DNA from: a virus
Virus record (IMG/VR): IMGVR_UViG_3300020166_000010
DNA: 64,000 nucleotides
Strand: one strand, 5' to 3'
Numbering within the stretch: position 1 is the stretch's first letter; each line of letters opens with the position of its first letter. The position numbers were made by a program, and so were the translations under genes. Shown one piece after another: positions 49,060 through 56,088 of this stretch. A model generated the notes under the pieces. It was not told where the DNA came from, did not search any database, and worked only from the letters and a program-made list of their open reading frames with translations.

Positions 49060-49987
49060 AGGATAAAACTAGATCATTTAGATATTCTTTACGGTATTTG
49101 ATTAAGGCTAGCTCTTTAGCTTTGACTTCTAGTTCAATATCAATATCCATGTCATACGTTTCTATTTTTTCGTATATGTAATCAGCATGTGCTCTCAATA
49201 TAACAGATTCATCTTCATGTAGCTTTTTTGAAGAAGAGTAGTGACATAATTGGCGAATACCTTTAGGCCATGTTTTTGCACATAATTCAAGTGCATCTTT
49301 TTCTGACATTGGATCTTCATAGCACCTGTGATGGTGGTAGTCGAACGTGATAGGTATATTAGTCTTTTCGTAAATCTCATAAAGATCTTCTACGCCGTAT
49401 TGCGCAGGCTTATCGTCATTTTCTATAACCAATCGAGCCTGTGCAGATTTTGATAAACGTTTAAAGTTATCAACGAACCTTTGCTTTGCGGCATCCTTGT
49501 CGCCGTATGAGCCACCTACGTGAATGTTCATAGAATACGTATGGTTTTGTGGTAATCCCATTGAATCTAGTATAAGCGCTGATTGATCTAGTTCTCTGAT
49601 CGCAGCATCTACTGTTTTAGGAGTTGGGCTTGGTAAAACACAAAACTGACCTGGGTGGAAACCTACGCGCTGATTGTATTTTTGAACAAGAGTACCTGCG
49701 CCTTTGAGTAGATTAGATATTGTTTGCCAATTAGGTAAATCAGTTAATTCATACTCACTCATCCAAGGGAACATAGAGCTACTCATACGGTAAACATTAA
49801 TGCCTTGTTTGTGATTCCACTTTATAATCTCAATAAGATCTCGAACATTTGCTTCAGCTAATTCTCCAGCGTATTTAATACCTTTAGCGGTGAATGTTCG
49901 TTTGATCATTGATCGACCGATCTTGATGTCATGATCTTTTTGTAGTGTTAAATTAATGCAACAATATCCGTAGTTTGCTTTTCCCAT
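49058..49987 (-). CDS. uvsE: UV-damage endonuclease (UvsE/UvdE)
   Basis: GYCCIN, YRMSSSMFPW, FHPGQF, IHVGGSYG, RLVIENDD, FDYHHH, HADYI, EVKAKELA. Confidence 0.92.
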   Translation of the reverse strand: MGKANYGYCCINLTLQKDHDIKIGRSMIKRTFTAKGIKYAGELAEANVRDLIEIIKWNHKQGINVYRMSSSMFPWMSEYELTDLPNWQTISNLLKGAGTLVQKYNQRVGFHPGQFCVLPSPTPKTVDAAIRELDQSALILDSMGLPQNHTYSMNIHVGGSYGDKDAAKQRFVDNFKRLSKSAQARLVIENDDKPAQYGVEDLYEIYEKTNIPITFDYHHHRCYEDPMSEKDALELCAKTWPKGIRQLCHYSSSKKLHEDESVILRAHADYIYEKIETYDMDIDIELEVKAKELALIKYRKEYLNDLVLS

Positions 49988-49996
49988 GTTTGTTAT

Positions 49997-50233
49997 TTAT
50001 ATGTTATATAATGATTCTTTGATTTTGTTTATAAATCTTTCAGCGTCACACGCTTCGTCTAATGTAAGCACGTCAAGATCTTGAAATAATAGGCCAGTGC
50101 CTGTGTCTACAAATATGATGTCACCAATAATTTCAGCCTTAGCAACCTCATGAATTGTCATATCCTCTAGGTATATTATTTTAGAGGTGGTTAGAATTCT
50201 ATCCATTCTTTGTTGGGCATTCATCATTTGCAT
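49997..50233 (-). CDS. hypothetical protein (early cassette)
   Basis: ATG at 50233 downstream of early promoter copy B. Confidence 0.6.
   Translation of the reverse strand: MQMMNAQQRMDRILTTSKIIYLEDMTIHEVAKAEIIGDIIFVDTGTGLLFQDLDVLTLDEACDAERFINKIKESLYNI
50004..50030 (-). promoter_or_regulatory. middle-type promoter variant AAAC-N17-ATATAA upstream of uvsE
   Basis: Same motif with a 17 nt spacer. Confidence 0.45.
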
Positions 50234-50260
50234 ACGCAGTGTTTGTTCTTTATTATATAG

Positions 50261-50309
50261 TAAATATAACACTTTTTATTGGAACAAAAAAACTTTTGAG
50301 CATTTATTT
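50261..50309 (-). promoter_or_regulatory. early/host-type promoter repeat, copy B
   Basis: 43/49 identical to 32974-33022. Confidence 0.7.
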
Positions 50310-50323
50310 CCACAGAAAGTCCT

Positions 50324-50342
50324 ATTTATAATGATTCCAAAT
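50324..50342. promoter_or_regulatory. imperfect copy of the Fur/PerR-like palindrome (ATTTATAATGATTCCAAAT)
   Basis: 17/19 identical to 33027-33045, in the same context. Confidence 0.5.
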
Positions 50343-50347
50343 AAGAC

Positions 50348-50369
50348 AAAAAAAGGGACCGAAGTCCCT
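50348..50369 (-). terminator. intrinsic terminator with cUUCGg tetraloop
   Basis: Minus strand AGGGAC-TTCG-GTCCCTTTTTTT. Confidence 0.88.
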
Positions 50370-50392
50370 GATTGCTCGACTGGCAGTCAAGC

Positions 50393-50737
50393 TTATTTCC
50401 AAAATAATTGTATTCCTATAATGCAGCATGCTAATAATAAACATATTGCAGTTTTTGTTGTAATTCCCTCGTCTAATAAATAATATGTTAGAGCGGTAAA
50501 GGTTATGATTCCACAAGTAAATCCAATAAATCTACCAGGCCATATTTGTCCGTCATAATATTCTGCTATAAATTTAGTTGCAAGTATAAACATGTAGCTA
50601 ATCACAGTACCTCCAATTATCGAAATGGTTAATGGATTCTTTTTAAACCATGGCCAGACAAATTGTCCGTTAGTTTGGATCCATATCATAGATTGTCCTA
50701 GTGCAAATAATAAAACACCTGCTAATAAGCCTCTCAA
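50393..50737 (-). CDS. small four-helix membrane protein (SMR/DMT-like)
   Basis: 114 aa with four hydrophobic segments. Confidence 0.6.
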   Translation of the reverse strand: MRGLLAGVLLFALGQSMIWIQTNGQFVWPWFKKNPLTISIIGGTVISYMFILATKFIAEYYDGQIWPGRFIGFTCGIITFTALTYYLLDEGITTKTAICLLLACCIIGIQLFWK

Positions 50738-51372
50738 AACAATTCACCGGTTGTGGTTAATAAATGCGAGATAAAACTATGTCTGTGGTGCTCATTTGGT
50801 CCTGATTCTTTAATAGCGTTGATATGTTGTTTTGTTCCATATCCTTTATTTGAATTCCAGCCATACTGTATAAACTCTTCTTTTTCGCTTAATTCTTTCA
50901 TAAGAGAATCTCTGCCTGTTTTAGCTAAAATTGAAGCAGCTGCAATTGAAGTATATTTGTTATCTCCACCTATGATTGTTTCAAATGGAATTCCATGATA
51001 CCCGTGGAATTGATCGCCATCTACTAAAATAAAATTAAACTTATGAGCATGCTCATCAAGATTAGATAGACACTTATACATTCCTTGCATAGTCGCTCTG
51101 AGTATATTTGTGTTTTCAATATCCTCAACGTTGATGTGTTCAACATGAAATGCAATAGCATTACTCAATACAATATCGAGTGCGGTTTTTCTGTCTTTTT
51201 CATTTAGAAGTTTTGAGTCTTTAATTAATGGATGAGTAAATCCATGTGGCATGATACACGCTGCAACAGTGACTGGACCTGCTAGTGCTCCGCGACCTGC
51301 TTCATCTATTCCAACTTCTACAATATTTCTATCTTCGTTGAGAGATCCTTTAAGTAATATGTGTTTAGACAT
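50734..51372 (-). CDS. rnhB: ribonuclease HII
   Basis: GIDEAGRGALAGPV, DSKLL, VDG, GDNKYTSIAAASILAK, NKGYGT; ATG at 51372 preferred because the longer start spans a promoter. Confidence 0.92.
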   Translation of the reverse strand: MSKHILLKGSLNEDRNIVEVGIDEAGRGALAGPVTVAACIMPHGFTHPLIKDSKLLNEKDRKTALDIVLSNAIAFHVEHINVEDIENTNILRATMQGMYKCLSNLDEHAHKFNFILVDGDQFHGYHGIPFETIIGGDNKYTSIAAASILAKTGRDSLMKELSEKEEFIQYGWNSNKGYGTKQHINAIKESGPNEHHRHSFISHLLTTTGELF

Positions 51373-51392
51373 TTCTATTTGATATTTAAGTA

Positions 51393-51418
51393 TTATACCT
51401 AAATATTGCAAATAGTTT
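51393..51418 (-). promoter_or_regulatory. middle-type promoter AAAC-N16-GTATAAT
   Basis: Exact 16 nt spacer. Confidence 0.68.
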
Positions 51419-51420
51419 AC

Positions 51421-52137
51421 TTATTCATTGTCTAATTTCCATTTGTCATATCTTTCAACAACATCAATTAAGATCTTAGCTCTTACGATATCTTTTTGTG
51501 TAAATTGGTGGTGACCTATTCCTTTGATACCTTTCATTAGTTCGGTAAAAGGCTCAATCCCTGCTGAGTTCTTTGAAATATCATACTGGCTCACATCACC
51601 TGTTACGATCACCTTAGAGGTCTTTCCCATTCTGGTAACAAATAACATAAGTTGTTTAAACGTGGCGTTCTGTGCCTCATCAAGTATCATGAGTGAGTCA
51701 TCATAAGTATCTCCTCTCATAAACGCTAAAGGTCTAAATTGAATAATTTCAGATTGAACTAATTGTTCGGTTAATACTGGTCCAACTATTTTAGTTAAGT
51801 TAGAAATATATGATTGCATATATGGATCTATCTTTTCTCCGATATCTCCAGGAAGAAACCCTAGTTTCTCACCAGCCTCTTGAATAGGCTTACATAAAAT
51901 AATGTTTTTGATTTTGTTATCTGCAAATAATTTTAATGCAGCGTAACATGCTGTAAATGTTTTTGAAGTTCCGGCAGGTCCAGAGCAAAATGTAATTTCA
52001 TTCTCTAATATGTTTTGTAAATAAGCTTTTTGAGATTGTCTTAATTGTGCTTTTATATCTGCTGGTTTAATAATGACTTTACGTCTGTTAATTCTGTTAT
52101 TTTCGTTTCCGGTTTTATTATCAGAATTCTTCTTCAT
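51421..52137 (-). CDS. phoH: PhoH-like ATPase
   Basis: GPAGTSKT, EKLGFLPG, LAFMRGDT, ILDEAQN, TGDVSQYD, DIVR. Confidence 0.92.
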   Translation of the reverse strand: MKKNSDNKTGNENNRINRRKVIIKPADIKAQLRQSQKAYLQNILENEITFCSGPAGTSKTFTACYAALKLFADNKIKNIILCKPIQEAGEKLGFLPGDIGEKIDPYMQSYISNLTKIVGPVLTEQLVQSEIIQFRPLAFMRGDTYDDSLMILDEAQNATFKQLMLFVTRMGKTSKVIVTGDVSQYDISKNSAGIEPFTELMKGIKGIGHHQFTQKDIVRAKILIDVVERYDKWKLDNE

Positions 52138-52155
52138 ATATTTATTATGCTATGT

Positions 52156-52413
52156 TTAATCCCCTGCCATTGTAACAAGTTCTTTTAATTTCATTAATTT
52201 ATCACACTTCTCATACTCTTCTAGTCCTTCAAAATACTCTACTAAAATATTAATAAACTCACTTCTCTGGCCAATACCATGGGGTATCTCGATTATATCG
52301 TTTCCTTCTTTGAAAACAACGAATCGATTCACGGTCTTTGTGAAGTTTCTTGTAATGGTGTAGTACGAAGATCTCATTAAAGAGTCTCTGTCTTCTCCTA
52401 GAATATCTTTCAT
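52156..52413 (-). CDS. UVR-like 'EEYEKC' motif protein 1
   Basis: C-terminal YFEGLEEYEKCDKL; ATG at 52413 after a late motif at 52450-52457. Confidence 0.65.
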   Translation of the reverse strand: MKDILGEDRDSLMRSSYYTITRNFTKTVNRFVVFKEGNDIIEIPHGIGQRSEFINILVEYFEGLEEYEKCDKLMKLKELVTMAGD

Positions 52414-52522
52414 TTGATTGTATTTATTTTTATGTCTTTCAACATGTAGTATATATTTAGTAGTACCCGGAGATACTACCCATACCATGAAAAAAAATAT
52501 AATGATATTATATTATCAAATG

Positions 52523-52711
52523 TTATTCTGGATTGTTAAATTTTTGCTCGACGTATTTTGCTTTTTGTAATTTAACACGTTTTGCTGCTGAAGGTTTGGT
52601 ATAATCTTTACCTTCGCGAAGGGCCTTAGTTTGGCCTGTTTTATTTACTTTATATTTAAATGACTTTAAAGCCTTTTCTATATTTCCTTTTTCTACTTTG
52701 ATTATTAGCAT
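52523..52711 (-). CDS. rpsU: ribosomal protein bS21
   Basis: MLIIKVEKGNIEKALKSFKYK...LR...YTKPS..KR...QKAKY; Bacteroidota-type bS21. Confidence 0.88.
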   Translation of the reverse strand: MLIIKVEKGNIEKALKSFKYKVNKTGQTKALREGKDYTKPSAAKRVKLQKAKYVEQKFNNPE

Positions 52712-52959
52712 TTTATCTTGTCAATAATTTTTTTAATGTTAGAACATTTTTCGTACTCTTCTAATCCTAGAAAAAAGTTTAATATATTAGTTAGTGCATT
52801 TACTTTTTCTGTAGGATCCGTTTCGCTCTTAAGAGCTTTTTCTTCGCCATTAACAACTGCATTATAAATCATGTTCATCATTGTTTCCTTTGAATCTTCT
52901 CTAAGGATTTCAATTCTATTTGAATCATCTTTTTCGGGAGTGTCTCCTAAATCATGCAT
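52705..52959 (-). CDS. UVR-like 'EEYEKC' motif protein 2
   Basis: C-terminal FFLGLEEYEKCSNI. Confidence 0.65.
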   Translation of the reverse strand: MHDLGDTPEKDDSNRIEILREDSKETMMNMIYNAVVNGEEKALKSETDPTEKVNALTNILNFFLGLEEYEKCSNIKKIIDKIKC

Positions 52960-53743
52960 TGCTTAATTCTTTAATTTGTTGAACGTGTTCTAATTGTTTT
53001 TCACTTAACTCAATATTGGATGTTCTTAATTTAATCATTAAGTTACCATATTGATTTTTATTATATATCGGAAATCCCATGCCCACAATTCTTAAAATCT
53101 TACCATCATACGAATTCTTAGGTACCTTTATCCTAACACTGTTTACTTTTGTGATAACTTCAAATTCACCACCTAATAGAATATCAAAAAAGGGTAGATT
53201 GTAATCCATCCAAATATCTCCGTTAGTTACTATCATTTCAGAATCTGGCATGATATTCATTATTAATATAACATCTCCATTTGGCGCCGAAGAATTAGCA
53301 GGATGGGGAAGTCCCTTTCCTTTTAATTTAAGCTTGGCTCCTTCATGAATTCCTTTCGGTATATTAACGTTAAATGTTGAGTGAGTTGTATCTATTCTTT
53401 TAGTTGTTCCGTGGTAAACTTCTTCTAAAGTTAATCGGATTCTAATGGTAACATCTGATCCTCTTGCATTTTGATTAAATGCATTATCAAACATATTAGA
53501 GAAATCTCCACCAAATTGATTAAAGAAATTATCAAATCCACCTGAACTAAAAGAATTCTTGAGATCATATTCCTTTTTCTTTTGGGAATCACTCAGTGTT
53601 TCGTATGCTTGTGAAATGTTTTTAAATTTGTCTTCAGATCCTCCAATATCAGGGTGGTGGACTTTAACAAGACCTCTATATGCCTTCTTAATATCCTCCT
53701 GACTTGCAGTTGGCTCGAGCCCCAGGATCTTATAGTAATCCAT
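52952..53743 (-). CDS. dnaJ: DnaJ class B (CbpA-like) co-chaperone
   Basis: J-domain DYYKILG...HPD, G/F-rich linker, C-terminal domain; no Zn-finger repeats. Confidence 0.9.
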   Translation of the reverse strand: MDYYKILGLEPTASQEDIKKAYRGLVKVHHPDIGGSEDKFKNISQAYETLSDSQKKKEYDLKNSFSSGGFDNFFNQFGGDFSNMFDNAFNQNARGSDVTIRIRLTLEEVYHGTTKRIDTTHSTFNVNIPKGIHEGAKLKLKGKGLPHPANSSAPNGDVILIMNIMPDSEMIVTNGDIWMDYNLPFFDILLGGEFEVITKVNSVRIKVPKNSYDGKILRIVGMGFPIYNKNQYGNLMIKLRTSNIELSEKQLEHVQQIKELSNA

Positions 53744-53916
53744 TATTTGGATTCTTTAGGTGGAATCTGTCTTGTCTGTTTTTTCTTTGCAGCTTTATTA
53801 GATTCTTTAATCTCATTCTTTTTCATATTGATTTCTCTCTTTTCAGAGTTCTCCATCAATTGAGCTATTTTCTCTAAAGCCGTTGCAATTCTAGCGATAT
53901 GTATATTATCTTCCAT
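53743..53916 (-). CDS. small basic protein missed by the ORF track (57 aa, MEDNIHIARIATALEKIA...)
   Basis: Manual translation; TAATG coupling to dnaJ; late motif 4 nt upstream. Confidence 0.65.
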   Translation of the reverse strand: MEDNIHIARIATALEKIAQLMENSEKREINMKKNEIKESNKAAKKKQTRQIPPKESK

Positions 53917-53920
53917 GTAT

Positions 53921-53928
53921 TATATATC
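53921..53928 (-). promoter_or_regulatory. late-type promoter motif GATATATA heading the dnaJ-UVR-rpsU operon
   Basis: 4 nt before the ATG at 53916. Confidence 0.62.
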
Positions 53929-54198
53929 TTATTTAAAGAATTGAATCTGTTCTTTAAGATCTGCACACTTCTCGTATTCTTCAATCTCTTCAAAGTAAAA
54001 CATGGTCTCTTCTATAATGTGCCTGATCATATCGGGATCACGTGTTTTATCCGTGTCGATTCCGTGTTTAACTATAGCTTCGTAGTTCGCACGTGCAAGG
54101 CGGTCCTTGAGGTTATCCAGGTGTTCTTGATCTTCGATCAATATTCCATTGTTTTCAGATTCCTCGTTAAATTCTTGTTCAAATTCAAAATTGTCCAT
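53929..54198 (-). CDS. UVR-like 'EEYEKC' motif protein 3
   Basis: C-terminal YFEEIEEYEKCADLKEQI. Confidence 0.7.
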   Translation of the reverse strand: MDNFEFEQEFNEESENNGILIEDQEHLDNLKDRLARANYEAIVKHGIDTDKTRDPDMIRHIIEETMFYFEEIEEYEKCADLKEQIQFFK

Positions 54199-54221
54199 AT
54201 TGTTTCTTTATTTGTTATATG

Positions 54222-54253
54222 TAAATATAAACCTTTTATTTGATATAAAAAAA
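54222..54253 (-). promoter_or_regulatory. early/host-type promoter, copy C
   Basis: TTTTTTTATATCAAATAAAAGGTTTATATTTA aligns with copies A and B. Confidence 0.65.
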
Positions 54254-54280
54254 TCCTGGTGAAAAAACTTTCAATTATTT

Positions 54281-55003
54281 TTAAATAAGTTCCATGCTTG
54301 ATATTTTTAGCATAACATTCATAGTTGCTAAAACATCCTTTTCACAGTAATCCTTTATTCTTTCTAAACCACCTTCCCAATAAACTCTATTAACATCAGA
54401 TCCTGATATGTCATCTTTAGGTGTTGGAATTCCAAGAACATTACATAAAATTCCTAGTGATGCTCCATTATATCCTCCAAACTTCCAAACTTCCAAAGTG
54501 TCTAATAGACAGTTTTCCCATGGCTTTTGTTTTTGAAGGTGCAATTTAGCAGTAGGTGTAATTCCATTTATTAAACATCTTTTAATAATCCACGGAGCAT
54601 CAAACTTTTTAATATTATGCCCTGTTAATTGAACGTTTCCGTTTTTATTAAATACAGCGCCTAGGGTTTGATTAAAATCAGAAAGTATTGTATGCTCATC
54701 ATCTCCATAATATGATTTTATTTTAGAGTGCTGAGGCATGCCAATTTCATCGAACTGTATTTGACCAATTGATATTGTAACTATTTTTCCGAACTCTGGA
54801 TGTAAAGATGCGTTTGATTGATAGAAATCTTCGTCGCTTAGATCTGACTTTTGATTCTCATATGATTTAATTTGATCTGCCTTTTGAAGCCATAAATTGT
54901 GTAGTCCTTCATTAGAACTTTTTAAATCATTTAAAGTTTCATACTGCGCTGTCGTCTCTATATCGATAAACAGCATGGTTTTTAATTCGCTAGCGCTATA
55001 CAT
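54281..55003 (-). CDS. 3'-5' exonuclease (DnaQ/PolB-exo-like)
   Basis: FIDIET, GHNIKKFDAP, DTLEVWKFG, YCEKDV (DEDDy). Confidence 0.85.
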   Translation of the reverse strand: MYSASELKTMLFIDIETTAQYETLNDLKSSNEGLHNLWLQKADQIKSYENQKSDLSDEDFYQSNASLHPEFGKIVTISIGQIQFDEIGMPQHSKIKSYYGDDEHTILSDFNQTLGAVFNKNGNVQLTGHNIKKFDAPWIIKRCLINGITPTAKLHLQKQKPWENCLLDTLEVWKFGGYNGASLGILCNVLGIPTPKDDISGSDVNRVYWEGGLERIKDYCEKDVLATMNVMLKISSMELI

Positions 55004-55226
55004 TTTTTAATTCATTACGGGTTAATGCTATTTCTCTAATGCTTATAGGATATTTAGTACCTTCCGATTCCATCGTATACCATTTTTCATTATAGTGTTT
55101 AGATAAACTTTCAGATTCCTTAATGAGAGTTCCAAATAATGTAGAACCTGCAAAATTAAAGTAGTATTTCTCTCCAATTTTTGGAGACTTTACTGTGATA
55201 GCTCTTTGTAGTTTTTTCTTTGCCAT
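54996..55226 (-). CDS. hypothetical protein
   Basis: 76 aa; middle-type promoter directly upstream. Confidence 0.65.
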   Translation of the reverse strand: MAKKKLQRAITVKSPKIGEKYYFNFAGSTLFGTLIKESESLSKHYNEKWYTMESEGTKYPISIREIALTRNELKNV

Positions 55227-55233
55227 ATACTTA

Positions 55234-55259
55234 TTATATATGAAAATACAAAAAAGTTT
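55234..55259 (-). promoter_or_regulatory. middle-type promoter AAAC-N16-ATATAAT
   Basis: TATAAT ends 6 nt before the ATG. Confidence 0.65.
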
Positions 55260-55491
55260 ATAATTCCATCCAGGTTGAATGTTCCTTAGTCCCTCTTATT
55301 CGAGTATACACTTCATAATTGACATTTATCTCTAGAAATCCTCCAGATATTGTTCCAGGAAGATCTTTAGGATTAATCCAGTATTCTGGCAATCTGTCAG
55401 TTCTTTCGTTGATAAAATCAAATAAAGCATCTACTTCCATATGGTGAACATATATAGTGATGTGCATACAATTCATATTAGGATATCCCAT
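55258..55491 (-). CDS. hypothetical protein
   Basis: 77 aa ORF after the oxygenase. Confidence 0.55.
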   Translation of the reverse strand: MGYPNMNCMHITIYVHHMEVDALFDFINERTDRLPEYWINPKDLPGTISGGFLEINVNYEVYTRIRGTKEHSTWMEL

Positions 55492-55497
55492 AATTTA

Positions 55498-56088
55498 TTA
55501 TTTATAATGTCCTCCGCCTAGCCAAAGTACGAAAGATTTTCTAGTTCCTTTAGTTACTGGTTTAACAGAATGGAATAAGTAGCTAGGAAATAAAACAACA
55601 TTTCCTTTTCCTCTAGGTGCAATTAAGTTATTTTTATCTAAGGATTCTCCTCCTTGCCAAAAGCATAGGTCTCCTCCTTCATATTCTGTACTATCTGATA
55701 ATTGAACAGTTATAGATACTTTTCTAATAGATAGGGCATGGTCGCCGACGTCTTGGTGCCAATCGTATTTACCAAACTCGGTAGCTTCATATTCAGTATA
55801 CTGTATTAATTCAGGCGCAGAGTGTAAATCAAAATTCCACAATTGGTTATTTGCTTCGCTTGCCATTTGTATTAATTTCTGGTAAAGCCATTCCCATTCC
55901 TCAGTTTGTGGAATCCATTTGATATTTGATTTTCTATCTTCAGTCTTTCCGCCAGCGGTAACTGCTCTATGGTATGGAATATTAGAAACTCCATCTTCAA
56001 TCCACTTCAATTCTTGAGGTGTAAACCCCTGATCAAACCAATAGTACTGGTTTGCCTCGTTTTCTTGTATTTCAAAAAGGTTATTCAT
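55498..56088 (-). CDS. 2OG-Fe(II) oxygenase (prolyl-hydroxylase-like clade)
   Basis: YDWHQD (HxD), RKVSITVQLS, YEGGDL, FPSYLFHSVKPVTKGTRKS. Confidence 0.9.
   Translation of the reverse strand: MNNLFEIQENEANQYYWFDQGFTPQELKWIEDGVSNIPYHRAVTAGGKTEDRKSNIKWIPQTEEWEWLYQKLIQMASEANNQLWNFDLHSAPELIQYTEYEATEFGKYDWHQDVGDHALSIRKVSITVQLSDSTEYEGGDLCFWQGGESLDKNNLIAPRGKGNVVLFPSYLFHSVKPVTKGTRKSFVLWLGGGHYK

Noticed and set aside
50322-50516. 64 aa minus-strand ORF
   Set aside because: Overlaps the membrane gene out of frame and runs through a terminator and the palindrome
52459-52479. Hairpin GTAGTATC-TCCG-GGTACTAC downstream of rpsU
   Set aside because: No U-tract on the minus strand; function cannot be supported
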